Virus record (IMG/VR): IMGVR_UViG_3300030330_001389
Coordinates: 1 to 41,116 of that record
Source: a virus
Taxonomy: Duplodnaviria > Caudoviricetes
Direction: 5' to 3' (one strand)
DNA: 41,116 bases
The notes beneath the pieces were generated by a model. That model had not been told where the DNA came from. It did not search any database and saw nothing but the letters and a program-made list of their open reading frames with translations. Within the stretch, counting starts at the first letter, position 1. The number at the start of each line of letters is the position of its first letter. Positions 1 to 10,324 of the stretch are shown here, piece by piece. The position numbers and the translations under genes are program-made.

Positions 1-740
1 TTCATTGGTGCATGATTATCATACATCCTCTTTAACGCACCTGAAATAGTTTTAAAACTGATTACTTGTGCAGAACCAGTTCCATCACCATCTGTGTCAT
101 TGTAGAAGCAGTTACCACCTAGTGGGTTTACTGCTGCAGAGTTGTTAGCGTTTTTGTTTAATGTAATCCATACATCAAGACCATACATTTCTCTTGTTCC
201 TGACCCTGGGGTGGTATTAGCACCATCAGAGAAAGAACCATTGAATGCAAACCACTCAACTTCTCTTGCTACTTTTTCCATAGCTTTTTCAAGCTGTAAT
301 GCAAATTCATCATTTACTGGGTTACCACCAAATAATCCTAATTTATCTGCTGCTGTTACTGTTCCATCTCCATCAGATGAATTAGCAATATTAGCTGACA
401 AGTCAAAAGGATTTTGGTTGCCTGTTGATGCTAAAGCTGTGTAGGTCATTTGTACACCCTTGTGGAAAATTTGAGTTACATAAGTATATGCTGCTCTATC
501 TCTACCAAGATATTCTGTAGGGCTACTACCTTCTTGTCCTTTAGTTGGTTCTGAAGAAATGGTTGCATTATCTTCTACTTGGACTTGCCAATATGTAGAG
601 TTTAATGTTTTACCGCCATTTAAACCACCAACTGCTGACAATAATGGTGTTCTTTGACCACCAACTTTAAACAACTCACCACTAAAGTTATTAATGTTTT
701 GTGCATAAATTGTATCGTTTGTTAACGAAATACTTGCCAT
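1..740 (-). CDS. Major capsid protein, N-terminal part (DUF5309/SU10-type), runs off window start
   Basis: Not in ORF track. ATG at 740 with AGGAG SD, open to base 1: MASISLTNDTIYAQNINNFSGELFKVGGQRTPLLSAVGGL...YVTQIFHKGVQMTYTA...DEFALQLEKAMEKVAREVEWFAFNG...GTREMYGL. TP(L/F)LS, TQIF and R-x-M-x-G motifs fit this capsid family; follows the scaffold gene. Confidence 0.85.
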   Translation of the reverse strand, partial: MASISLTNDTIYAQNINNFSGELFKVGGQRTPLLSAVGGLNGGKTLNSTYWQVQVEDNATISSEPTKGQEGSSPTEYLGRDRAAYTYVTQIFHKGVQMTYTALASTGNQNPFDLSANIANSSDGDGTVTAADKLGLFGGNPVNDEFALQLEKAMEKVAREVEWFAFNGSFSDGANTTPGSGTREMYGLDVWITLNKNANNSAAVNPLGGNCFYNDTDGDGTGSAQVISFKTISGALKRMYDNHAPM

Positions 741-794
741 TTTTACTTCTCCTATAAGTTAATTGTCTAAATTGTTTGAAGAAGTTTAGAAAAT

Positions 795-1250
795 CTATTT
801 AGAGTTTTTCTTCGCTTCCTCTATAACAGATAACTTGGCAGCTATTGAATTTCGTATGTTGCCTGTTTTTTCTACTTCACGAACTTGCGATACTACATCT
901 TCGTTGTATAAATCTACAACTGAATTTTTTTGTATATTGTTTAATCTATCTTGACTTTGTTCTACATTATCTTGTAATCTGTCTTGATTCCCAAACTCAA
1001 CTTGAAATTCTTCTGATGCGTATTGCTGTATTCCTTCTACAGATAAATCACCTTCATACATCATCTCAACTGCTTTTCCAACACCTTTAGTAGTGTCAAG
1101 ACCCGCTTGTTTAAAAACTTCTTGTCTTTCTTTACCTTCGTATTCTGCGATTTTTGCTTCGTAGAGATTAAGTTTTTCTCTCATCTCTTTCCAGTTTTTA
1201 TCGCCTGTGTCAGAGTTGTTTAGTTCTTCTGTCATTATTCTATTGTCCAT
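795..1250 (-). CDS. Putative capsid scaffolding protein (true start may be ATG 1235)
   Basis: Acidic coiled-coil 151 aa immediately upstream of the capsid gene. Confidence 0.6.
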   Translation of the reverse strand: MDNRIMTEELNNSDTGDKNWKEMREKLNLYEAKIAEYEGKERQEVFKQAGLDTTKGVGKAVEMMYEGDLSVEGIQQYASEEFQVEFGNQDRLQDNVEQSQDRLNNIQKNSVVDLYNEDVVSQVREVEKTGNIRNSIAAKLSVIEEAKKNSK

Positions 1251-1253
1251 TCT

Positions 1254-1401
1254 TCTACGATATTTTTACAAGAGGTGTAGAGTAACCTCTGTATTTTAGT
1301 CTTACACTACTGTTTTTATTTGACAGGTCTTGTCAGTAGGCATCAAGACCGATTACAAAATGAAGGTCAAGTTTAACCCCCAGACCTATCTATAGGGTCA
1401 A
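1254..1401 (-). ncRNA. Structured 5' leader with three tandem H-type pseudoknots
   Basis: Three hairpins, each with a loop that has a downstream complement (see findings). Confidence 0.5.
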
Positions 1402-1405
1402 TTTA

Positions 1406-1414
1406 ATTATAACA
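1406..1414 (-). promoter_or_regulatory. Extended -10 promoter for scaffold/capsid
   Basis: TGTTATAAT on minus strand, TTGCAC 15 nt upstream of TATAAT. Confidence 0.6.
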
Positions 1415-1433
1415 GATATTTATAAGGTGCAAG

Positions 1434-2516
1434 TTATTGTTCAGTTAATCCTGTAACTTCTCCAGTTTGTGCTTTTGCTGCACCTAAGTTTACTGCAGAT
1501 TGTGATGCTTGTTGTTCAGTTATTCTTTGTACTAATTGTATATCATCAGCTTCACCTAATTGTGAACCAATAAATTGTTCTTCAGTTAATCCTCTACCTT
1601 GTGATGCTGCAGCACCCATAAGTCCTGGTACAACTGCTGATGTAGTTTGAAATATTTCTTTAGCTTGTGTTTGTGTTAATCCTTGTCTTGCAAGACTTGT
1701 TGCAAATGCTACATTGACCATACCCATACCTGCTACTTCAGCTTCAGCTAGTATTTGACTAGCAAGTATTTGTCCTTTTAATATATTATCACCAACAGTA
1801 GGTGATATAAACATTGAAAATATAACTTCATCAGGAAAATCAATACCAAAATTGTCTAAATATGCTTGTTTAACTTCAGGTATATTATTAATAATACCTT
1901 CATAACCTAGTTCTAATCTTGTACCAAATTCATCTGGAGATACATTACCTGCAATAGCAGCTACTATATCATCCGCAAACACAGATGGATTTAAGTTGTA
2001 ATCTCTTAAATAACTTTGCATGGTATCTACTGCAGATAAATATTCTACCTCTGTCATTCTTAAAACACCTGTATCTTTATTTCTAATACCAGGAAATACT
2101 TCATCCATTAAAGGATTTGCTCTCATTTCATCTAATGATTCTTCCATATCTTGTGTTTCTGTGTAAGCATTTAACAAAACATCTACCAATCGTGAATCTA
2201 AATATGGGTATCTTTTAGCCATTTCTTCTTTAGTAGTAAATCTAGCTTTAGGTGGTTCTAATTCCTCTAAATTTCCTGAAGCTGTAATTCTAAATTCATT
2301 TGCTTTAAAACCTGGTGAATCTCCTTCGTATTCTTCTGTAACAACTCCAACTTCTTCTCCGCCTTTAAAACCTTCTCTTCCAGGTATTACACCTCTTAAT
2401 AATCTGTCTAATTCTGATTCTGGTTTGCCATCTGGTCCTATTGGGTCTGTTGGTCTTGCTACATTGTTTGCTGTGGTTCTTGCACCATTTGGTCCTAATA
2501 CTACTACTTGTGCCAT
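1434..2516 (-). CDS. Putative internal virion protein
   Basis: 360 aa between portal and capsid genes; Q/A-rich C-terminus. Confidence 0.5.
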   Translation of the reverse strand: MAQVVVLGPNGARTTANNVARPTDPIGPDGKPESELDRLLRGVIPGREGFKGGEEVGVVTEEYEGDSPGFKANEFRITASGNLEELEPPKARFTTKEEMAKRYPYLDSRLVDVLLNAYTETQDMEESLDEMRANPLMDEVFPGIRNKDTGVLRMTEVEYLSAVDTMQSYLRDYNLNPSVFADDIVAAIAGNVSPDEFGTRLELGYEGIINNIPEVKQAYLDNFGIDFPDEVIFSMFISPTVGDNILKGQILASQILAEAEVAGMGMVNVAFATSLARQGLTQTQAKEIFQTTSAVVPGLMGAAASQGRGLTEEQFIGSQLGEADDIQLVQRITEQQASQSAVNLGAAKAQTGEVTGLTEQ

Positions 2517-2518
2517 AA

Positions 2519-3763
2519 TTACCTCTTATAAATTGTTGATGCGTTAAACACACCAGATATATCTTGTGTTAAACTTCTAGATGCTTTTGTTAATATTTCT
2601 TCTTGTACAAAAGGAGTGTCTATATATTCTTGATACATAGATGTTTCAAAATCTTCATAATTACCTTGAAATTTTTGTGCTTTTCTAGCAACAACTAATT
2701 TTTGTCCTTCTGATAATGTTGTTTGTCCTAATATATTTCTTGTTAAACTTTCAAAACTTGAACCCCAGTTTCCATATTTACTGCCTTTTGCAAAAGGATA
2801 TAAAGCATCTGCTGCTTTTTGTAAATCTTCTTTTATTAATGTTTCATTAGTACTTGTGTTAAATTCAGCATCTAATCGTAATTTACTTGCAATTTCATCT
2901 AACTTACCATTTGTCCTATAACCATCTAAAAGTAATGGTCCACCATAATCTAATATTAAAAGTTCTGCTGCAGCATAACCATTTCGTGTTTGTTTTATTT
3001 TGCCAATGTATTGATGATATTCTTCTGGAATAATAGATTTACCCCCCATCAATTTTAATCTAGCTGAATCTCCTAAATTTTTAATAATATCTCCTGCTAC
3101 AGCTTCATCTAATTTACCTGTAATTACTGCTGTGTTTAATTCAGCAATTAAATCATTAACACCTTCTCCTGCTAAACCTGCACCACCTGAAAACAATTTA
3201 TAATAAGCTAAATTATCAGCAATAATACTTGCAGCTTCATCTGGAAATCTATTTTCGTACTCTATCCATGCTCTTGCTGAATCTGTAGGATTATCCTTAT
3301 AAAAACTTGTTTCTTGTAATATTTCAATAGGCACAGTATCTAAATCTAATAAAGCTGATAAACCATACGCATACAACATATCTAAATCTAAATAATGGTC
3401 GCCATAAAATTTTGCTTTTATTTCCATTTGATTTTGTGTTACTGATAACAACGCATCAGTTGTAGTAAATCCTGAATTTTCTAATTCTTGAACTGTCATT
3501 AATTCACTCATGCCTTGCCAGTGTTCTATAAATACAAATTCTCCATTAGCTTCATCAAGTGCATCTATGCTGTCATATGTAGCATCAATAACATGTCCAG
3601 GATTTAACATATCTGGATTATCTACCTTTAAATATATAGGCAATAATCCTGCTTTGTTACCTTCTACATCATATACTTGCATATATATAACACCATACAA
3701 AACACCTGCTACAGATATAAGTTCATCTGGTTCTACAAACTCTGGTTTAAAATTGTCTGCCAT
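2519..3763 (-). CDS. Hypothetical, putative internal virion protein
   Basis: 414 aa, tightly packed with neighbours in the structural operon. Confidence 0.5.
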   Translation of the reverse strand: MADNFKPEFVEPDELISVAGVLYGVIYMQVYDVEGNKAGLLPIYLKVDNPDMLNPGHVIDATYDSIDALDEANGEFVFIEHWQGMSELMTVQELENSGFTTTDALLSVTQNQMEIKAKFYGDHYLDLDMLYAYGLSALLDLDTVPIEILQETSFYKDNPTDSARAWIEYENRFPDEAASIIADNLAYYKLFSGGAGLAGEGVNDLIAELNTAVITGKLDEAVAGDIIKNLGDSARLKLMGGKSIIPEEYHQYIGKIKQTRNGYAAAELLILDYGGPLLLDGYRTNGKLDEIASKLRLDAEFNTSTNETLIKEDLQKAADALYPFAKGSKYGNWGSSFESLTRNILGQTTLSEGQKLVVARKAQKFQGNYEDFETSMYQEYIDTPFVQEEILTKASRSLTQDISGVFNASTIYKR

Positions 3764-6700
3764 TAATATCCTATGCTTTCAAATTCTTCAGCTAATTTAA
3801 TATAATTGTCAACAGTATATAAATACTCTTCGTTTCCATTGTACAACAATTCATCATTTTTTTGCCACAATGGTGAATTGTTTATTTGATTCATTTGATT
3901 GTAAATATTTTTTTGATAATTTTCAGTTCCATATTCTTGTTGTGCAATATTAAAATTATTATTTATACTGTCAAATTGTTCATTATATTTAGGATTATAT
4001 GTATTAACTTTATTAAATATATCTAAATTGTTTTGTGCATAGTTTGACATGTTTATTATTTCTTTTTTATTTTGATTGTATTTTTGATTGTATAAACCAA
4101 CACCTTCTTCTATACCATAACCTACACCTTCAACTACTTTCTTACCAATATATCCTGATAATGAATGGTCCTCTTGCCATTCTAAACCTTTCCATACATT
4201 TTTACCTGTGCTTGTCCAAAAGCGTTTCCATGCACCATCTCCTGGATTATCATCTCTTAATTCTTTCATAAGTTTATGTGTGTCACTAAATAAGTCGCCT
4301 TCTTTTACTAATCCAACCATCAAAGCACCTATTTCAGCAGCAGCATATATAGCTAATAAACCTCCAACAACTGGTGCTGCTGCAGTTCCTGCTAATGCAC
4401 CACCTGCTGCACCAATTCCAAATTTACCAAATCCTTTTTTAAATCCTGTTTGTATTATTTTGCTTTTAGACAACAAGCCACCTACTGGTTTAATAGCTGC
4501 TACTGCTATTTTGTCAGCAAAATCTATTTTTTCTAATAATCGTAATGCACCACCTATTGGTGTAAATGCAAGTTTAAATATTGAAGGAGATTTTTTTGCT
4601 ACATTAGCAATATCTGTTGGTGTAACTCTTCTGTGCCTTCTAAGACCATTATGTTCACTGTTATATCCTGATTCACTTGGCATTACAGTATCACCATAAT
4701 TTGTAGTATCAACTGAATAACCTATTCTATTAGGGTCGCCAGTATTACCAACTGGATATAAGTCGTGTGTAAAACTTTCTGGATTTGTTGAATGAGATGA
4801 TGTGTTTTGCCACAATTTATTATTTCTATTCTGTAATTCATAAATTTCTACGCCTGTATTGTTTATGCTTGTTTTAGCAGTTAATGGTTCACTTTCCATA
4901 ACTTTTGTAAGAAATGGATTGTAAGTATCTATTGTGTTTTCAAGAGGAATTTCTGTACGAGTAAAATTAAAATTTTTATCTCTCATTATATTATTAAAAT
5001 CTATTGCATCTTCAACATCACCGACAAAAGTAACAGTAGAATCACTTGTAAATCTTACTTCTTTAACTTGATATACTTCATTATTTAATTGGTCAAATAT
5101 TTTTATAAATTGTTTTTTTCCTGTAGGGTTTACAGTAGGATATAACCAAAAATATTTAAACATTGGAACTCTTCTACTTCTTGCTGTTTCTAGTTGTTCT
5201 GGTGTAAATACATTTTTAATATGTTCATCAATAACATTTACTATTTGGTCAGGAGTCATTTCAGGACTAGAAAAATTAATATTGCTTAACACTCCATTAA
5301 TATCCATAGTTGCAGTAAGGTTTATTGTATCTCCACTACTACCTTTTAAAACAAAATCTACATTTTCAAATACTACACCACCCATATTGTCTTGTGTATT
5401 TTTAAATCCTTGTAGTTCATCTAAGACATCATTTAATAAAATACTTATATCATCATTTTTAAATGGTTGTGCGGTAATTCCAGTTTGTACACGAATAGGA
5501 TTATTTATTACTGGATTTATTCTTACACCATCATCTAATAACAATTCTTCTGCTTCAATAAAAGCATCAGTTAATGGCATATTTATTTTTTCATTAAATC
5601 CAAATAAAACATTAACTCTTCTATTTCTTAATAAACCACCTAAAGTTTCTCCCCATGTTTTGCTATACATACTTGCATCAGGGTCATTATCAACAACTTT
5701 TAAAAATCCAAATGACTTAGCTATTCTGCCAGGAAGCACTCTTAGTGTTGGAATATTACCATCAGTACCAACTGATTCAGGCAAAAATTTGTCGCCATCT
5801 ACAACTTTGTTTTCATCTGTTATTCCATATATTTCCATAAGACTTTTTATAATTGCAGAATCTTTAACAGCATATTGTGGAACTAAAGCATCACTTAATA
5901 ACTGACTCATTCCACTTTGTGTATCGCTAGTAGGTAAGTTATCTACATAATGATGTATTCTTAATTCCCCTGTGTCTGCATCAAAAGAAAATGCAACTTG
6001 TGTGTAATGTCTTGTGTATGTACCTTGTTCTGCACCATACTCTATATACTGGCTCATACCTATATCAAATTCTAAAATATGTATTCCCTGTGCATCTACA
6101 GGTGGATATGTTTTTACAGGTGCAACATCTAAATGTAATATTTGAGCTTTTGGTAAATTAGTTACTTCATCAACATTACCTAATCCCATTACAAAATTAT
6201 CGTTGCCTTGCTGTAGTATTCTATTAGCAATTAATAAATTTCTTTTAAATATATCTTTTGTGTTTTCATTTACAAATGGTATAACAGTTGTGCCATCCAT
6301 TCTTTGTAAAAATTTATAAGCGTATAATCTATGCTCTGGGTCGGCAGTAACAAAAGTATTAACTATATCTACCGCATCTTCATAATTCATACCAGACATA
6401 AATGAATTACCTTGTGTCAACCCCATAACAGCTAATCTATAATCATCAAATTCTGTTAAATCAAAAAATCGTACACCATCATCTATAGCGTATGAACTTC
6501 GTTCCATGTTAGTTACATTTTCTGTAAGTGCATCTTCACTTAAATAATTAGTTTGAAAAGCAGGTGAATCATCATCAGACAATGCTTGAAGTAATTGACC
6601 ATATGGTCCTCTAAGTCTTTCTACTCCTTGTTGTGATTGTTGTCTAGAGCTTTGTATACCTTCTTGTCGACCTATTTGTCCTTGTGCATATTGTAATACT

Positions 6701-9222
6701 GTATTTATTTCATCTTTATCAATTCCTAAACTTTCTTCTAAACCTTGTAAATTTTCTTGTAAAGATTTTGCAAGTTCTTCCATTGTTACTGTTAAGTCAG
6801 GCATATCTATTCTTGTGTCACCAAAAACATCTATGTTATCTATCTCAATAAGACTATCTATAAACAATAAATTGCTTTTTATATTTGTAGGTAAATTGTT
6901 CATCAAATCTGTAGTTTCAAATTTTTTGTATAAATTATATAATAATTCAGGATTGTATTCAGCAATTTTACTTAATCTATAAATTGTTCCAGGTCCTAAA
7001 TCAGCACCTGATACTTCTGGAAATCCTGTTGGTGGTTCTGACAATGTAGTGCCAGGTAATACTTCGTTAAACAAATCTAATACTCTAGCAACTGCAGCAC
7101 CATTTGTTGAAGATGTTATGTTTCCTTTATCTAAATTTTTTATTTTTTTTCTTACATCTTCTGTGTAATTTACATTACCTATTCTTCCATCAAAATAAAT
7201 ATCTGGTAATACATTTTTATTACCTCTTAATATAAAAAGCATATTCCATAAATCATCTGCGGTTTTGTTAGATGTGTTTAAAAATACAAAACCACCTTTG
7301 TCATTTGCAGGTATAGCTAATATTCTTTGTTCATTGTCGTAGTATTCTCCACCTAAAAATGTTTTTAACAAAGTTCTTAAAAACTCTTCTTCATAATTAA
7401 GTGATGCCATAGATTTTCTTAATCGTAAATAAAAATCACTATAATGCGTAGGTTTATTACTATCCCATCCTTCTGTAGATGGGTACCTTACTTTTTTTTG
7501 TTCGTAACCAAGTGCAGGATTGTAAATTCGTGACCCATCAGGAGCTACAAGTTCTTTTTTTATATTTAATGGATTCATAATAAAACCTAAATCACTATCT
7601 GTAAATCTTTGTGCCATCCAACCTTTAGCAATATCTGTTGAATATTTACCTAAACTTTTTCTTGTTGGTATATTTCCACCAGTTTGTTTTGATAATTTTT
7701 TAACATACCTATATTGATTAGTTGTTAATATACTTCCTTTATCAATTTCTCTAAATTGTCCTGAAGAATCTAGCCAAGTTGCTTTTGAAGTTAATTGTAC
7801 AAATCTTGCATCTGTTAAAGATGAGGACATTGGTGAAAATACTTTCGTAACTACTTTAGGATTATCTATATATTCAGGAAGAATTAATACTTCTATATCA
7901 TTCATGCTTCCGCCATTTAATACTCTTGTATCAGTTGTAGTTAAACCCTCTAAACCTTTGTTCATGTCTTTGTATTCTTCTCTGCCAGGCAATAACATAG
8001 CACCAAATCGTTGATATAAATTTATTAAGTGCGGCATTCCAGGTGCAACCATAGCAGTCAAAGGTATTTTATGTGCTTTCATATGTTTCAATAATGTTTT
8101 TATTGGACTATTTTCACTAAGAAGAAATTTATTAAATACTTTACTTTTAAAAGTATTTACTCTTATGTCATTTAACAATGCTGCAAAACCATCAGCACTA
8201 GCAGGTTGAATAAAATCCCACTCAAAATAAACATATTCTTGGGGATAACCCATTTCACTCATTATCTCATTAATTACAGTGTTACTTATATTTAAAGTTG
8301 ACCTTTCACCTCTATCTAAATCAAATAATGTAGCAAATAAATATTTGATTGAATCTGCATCAACAATAGCTTCATCATTAATATGAAGGTTCATTCTACC
8401 TACTGCTACACCTGCAGGAACACCACCTATGCTTTTTAGTCGGCTAAAAAATCTAACAGTGTCTGCAGTTATATTTTCAAGAGCTAACAATTTATCACTA
8501 GGAACTAATTTAAAAGTAAATTGTGGTATTAAAGTATTATTTGCACCTGGAGAAGTATTTTCTAATAATGTAAATAATTTATTTTCCGCATTTATTTTTG
8601 TGCCATTTACAGGTGGTGTATCTAAAAATTGATTAAATTCATTTATTGTCATATTCCAACTTGTAGTATTTGAAGAAGTTCTATAAGCAATATGTGAAAA
8701 ATCTGATTCTATTGAAAAATAACCTTCTTTTATTCCAAATATTAATGCGTTATAAATATCTGGTGCATCTTGTTGAAGTTGAAAAAAGTTAAAATCTTTA
8801 CCTTCTCCTACATATGTACCGCTACCTGTCATTATTCCAATAACTCTGTTTAATATATGGTTGTGTAATGAGTTTCCTTGCCCATCTAATTTGACATCAA
8901 ATTCATTTGTATAATCTGGTATCTTGTCTAATTCAGATTGTGTTAAAGAAGAAACCTCATCAGATGTTTCTAAAAGAAAAGAATTTGGGTTATTAATGTT
9001 ACCAAAAGTTCTAGTATCATTTTTTTCTACTCCTAATATTTCAAAAAAAATTCTATCTGTCATTTCATCTACATCTAAACCTTTATCTTCTACAATAGTT
9101 TGTTTTGCACTAATAAATTCGTTGTAATACAAATCAAATATTTCAGCATATTCGTTAAAAAATTGTGATAATATTTCTATTCTTTTTAACTCTTCAAGTT
9201 CTTTTGCTTTTTTTATTGACAT
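3763..9222 (-). CDS. Large (1819 aa) putative ejected polyvalent virion protein
   Basis: Size and position; GNAT-like motif at about aa 375-410; glycine-zipper hydrophobic segment near aa 1600-1640; N/Q-rich tail. Confidence 0.55.
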   Translation of the reverse strand: MSIKKAKELEELKRIEILSQFFNEYAEIFDLYYNEFISAKQTIVEDKGLDVDEMTDRIFFEILGVEKNDTRTFGNINNPNSFLLETSDEVSSLTQSELDKIPDYTNEFDVKLDGQGNSLHNHILNRVIGIMTGSGTYVGEGKDFNFFQLQQDAPDIYNALIFGIKEGYFSIESDFSHIAYRTSSNTTSWNMTINEFNQFLDTPPVNGTKINAENKLFTLLENTSPGANNTLIPQFTFKLVPSDKLLALENITADTVRFFSRLKSIGGVPAGVAVGRMNLHINDEAIVDADSIKYLFATLFDLDRGERSTLNISNTVINEIMSEMGYPQEYVYFEWDFIQPASADGFAALLNDIRVNTFKSKVFNKFLLSENSPIKTLLKHMKAHKIPLTAMVAPGMPHLINLYQRFGAMLLPGREEYKDMNKGLEGLTTTDTRVLNGGSMNDIEVLILPEYIDNPKVVTKVFSPMSSSLTDARFVQLTSKATWLDSSGQFREIDKGSILTTNQYRYVKKLSKQTGGNIPTRKSLGKYSTDIAKGWMAQRFTDSDLGFIMNPLNIKKELVAPDGSRIYNPALGYEQKKVRYPSTEGWDSNKPTHYSDFYLRLRKSMASLNYEEEFLRTLLKTFLGGEYYDNEQRILAIPANDKGGFVFLNTSNKTADDLWNMLFILRGNKNVLPDIYFDGRIGNVNYTEDVRKKIKNLDKGNITSSTNGAAVARVLDLFNEVLPGTTLSEPPTGFPEVSGADLGPGTIYRLSKIAEYNPELLYNLYKKFETTDLMNNLPTNIKSNLLFIDSLIEIDNIDVFGDTRIDMPDLTVTMEELAKSLQENLQGLEESLGIDKDEINTVLQYAQGQIGRQEGIQSSRQQSQQGVERLRGPYGQLLQALSDDDSPAFQTNYLSEDALTENVTNMERSSYAIDDGVRFFDLTEFDDYRLAVMGLTQGNSFMSGMNYEDAVDIVNTFVTADPEHRLYAYKFLQRMDGTTVIPFVNENTKDIFKRNLLIANRILQQGNDNFVMGLGNVDEVTNLPKAQILHLDVAPVKTYPPVDAQGIHILEFDIGMSQYIEYGAEQGTYTRHYTQVAFSFDADTGELRIHHYVDNLPTSDTQSGMSQLLSDALVPQYAVKDSAIIKSLMEIYGITDENKVVDGDKFLPESVGTDGNIPTLRVLPGRIAKSFGFLKVVDNDPDASMYSKTWGETLGGLLRNRRVNVLFGFNEKINMPLTDAFIEAEELLLDDGVRINPVINNPIRVQTGITAQPFKNDDISILLNDVLDELQGFKNTQDNMGGVVFENVDFVLKGSSGDTINLTATMDINGVLSNINFSSPEMTPDQIVNVIDEHIKNVFTPEQLETARSRRVPMFKYFWLYPTVNPTGKKQFIKIFDQLNNEVYQVKEVRFTSDSTVTFVGDVEDAIDFNNIMRDKNFNFTRTEIPLENTIDTYNPFLTKVMESEPLTAKTSINNTGVEIYELQNRNNKLWQNTSSHSTNPESFTHDLYPVGNTGDPNRIGYSVDTTNYGDTVMPSESGYNSEHNGLRRHRRVTPTDIANVAKKSPSIFKLAFTPIGGALRLLEKIDFADKIAVAAIKPVGGLLSKSKIIQTGFKKGFGKFGIGAAGGALAGTAAAPVVGGLLAIYAAAEIGALMVGLVKEGDLFSDTHKLMKELRDDNPGDGAWKRFWTSTGKNVWKGLEWQEDHSLSGYIGKKVVEGVGYGIEEGVGLYNQKYNQNKKEIINMSNYAQNNLDIFNKVNTYNPKYNEQFDSINNNFNIAQQEYGTENYQKNIYNQMNQINNSPLWQKNDELLYNGNEEYLYTVDNYIKLAEEFESIGY

Positions 9223-9413
9223 TATAAATTACTTGCTAAACTCATAGCTTCTTCTATTTCTTCTATAGAAACTGTGTCATCCTTATCTAAAAACATAGTC
9301 CACAATTTTTCGTTTTTAAAACCATACTTCATTAACTCTTTAGGTTTATTTTCAACAAAAAGTTCAACTTCTTTTTCATCTGCTGTTGTCATTAAATAAT
9401 GTACTTCAATCAT
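9222..9413 (-). CDS. Small acidic hypothetical protein
   Basis: 63 aa, TAATG-coupled at both ends. Confidence 0.6.
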   Translation of the reverse strand: MIEVHYLMTTADEKEVELFVENKPKELMKYGFKNEKLWTMFLDKDDTVSIEEIEEAMSLASNL

Positions 9414-10324
9414 TAAAAAAACCTTCTTTTTTCTGGTTTGTTTTTTTCTTTAATAGTATTTCCACTCTTTGGTTTTATCCTACGAACATCAGCTAACATA
9501 TTAAAATAATCTTGTCCATTTTGCATAGGATTTGTTTCTGGTGGTAAATTTTGCACATTAGGATTTAATGAGTAACTACCTGGTCTTCTAAATTTATCAA
9601 ATTGTAAATTAGATGTATCACTAAATTTAGGATTTATTTCTTCAGGTTTTACTTCATCTGATTTTTCTGGTTTTCTTGGAAACCTGGTGTTTGGTACAGG
9701 CATAGGGTCAACAAATGGTTCATTTGTTTGTCCTCCATCATTATAAAAATCTTTATCAACAACACTAAAATCTTCTGTTTGTATTTGTCCTGGTTGCATG
9801 ACTACTTGTAAATTTGCTACATCCCTTAAATACCATTCATAAAACTCTTCTTTATTTCTAAATCCTGTAGCAATATAATCTGTTATTGCACCTGTATATA
9901 TTTCTGTTGCAATAGTCATACCATCTCCATATTCTAATTTGCTATACATAGGGTTATCACGACTTCCTGTACCTGTCATAAATCGTTGTGCAACATTATT
10001 CATATTTTCTAATGCAGGTAAAAATGCTTCGGCAAAACCTTCTTGGTCTTTTATGTCTGCATATTCAGGGTACATTTTAATATTTGATATGTAAGAACTT
10101 ACTATATCTTCATCATCCATTTGCATAAACTCTTCAGGTCCTGGTCCTTCTGGTGTCTGGTCGTTTAATTCTTCACCACTTCTAATAACAAGTTCTTTAC
10201 TTGCCATAAAAGCATATTGTTTGTCATCATCAAAATATTGACCTTTTGCTAAACTAACTAAGTCATTACGCATTTCTTCTACAGTTTTTCCTTTCCACCA
10301 ATCTAATGGTCCAAACTCTTCCAT
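9413..10324 (-). CDS. Hypothetical virion-associated protein
   Basis: 303 aa, coupled, Pro-rich C-terminus. Confidence 0.55.
   Translation of the reverse strand: MEEFGPLDWWKGKTVEEMRNDLVSLAKGQYFDDDKQYAFMASKELVIRSGEELNDQTPEGPGPEEFMQMDDEDIVSSYISNIKMYPEYADIKDQEGFAEAFLPALENMNNVAQRFMTGTGSRDNPMYSKLEYGDGMTIATEIYTGAITDYIATGFRNKEEFYEWYLRDVANLQVVMQPGQIQTEDFSVVDKDFYNDGGQTNEPFVDPMPVPNTRFPRKPEKSDEVKPEEINPKFSDTSNLQFDKFRRPGSYSLNPNVQNLPPETNPMQNGQDYFNMLADVRRIKPKSGNTIKEKNKPEKRRFF

Noticed and set aside
1254-1292. preQ1-I riboswitch (AGAGGUU...CUACACCUCU...AAAAA)
   Set aside because: Superficially like B. subtilis queC, but the ligand-pairing C before the 3' stem is A and the context is unrelated; kept only as a generic pseudoknot
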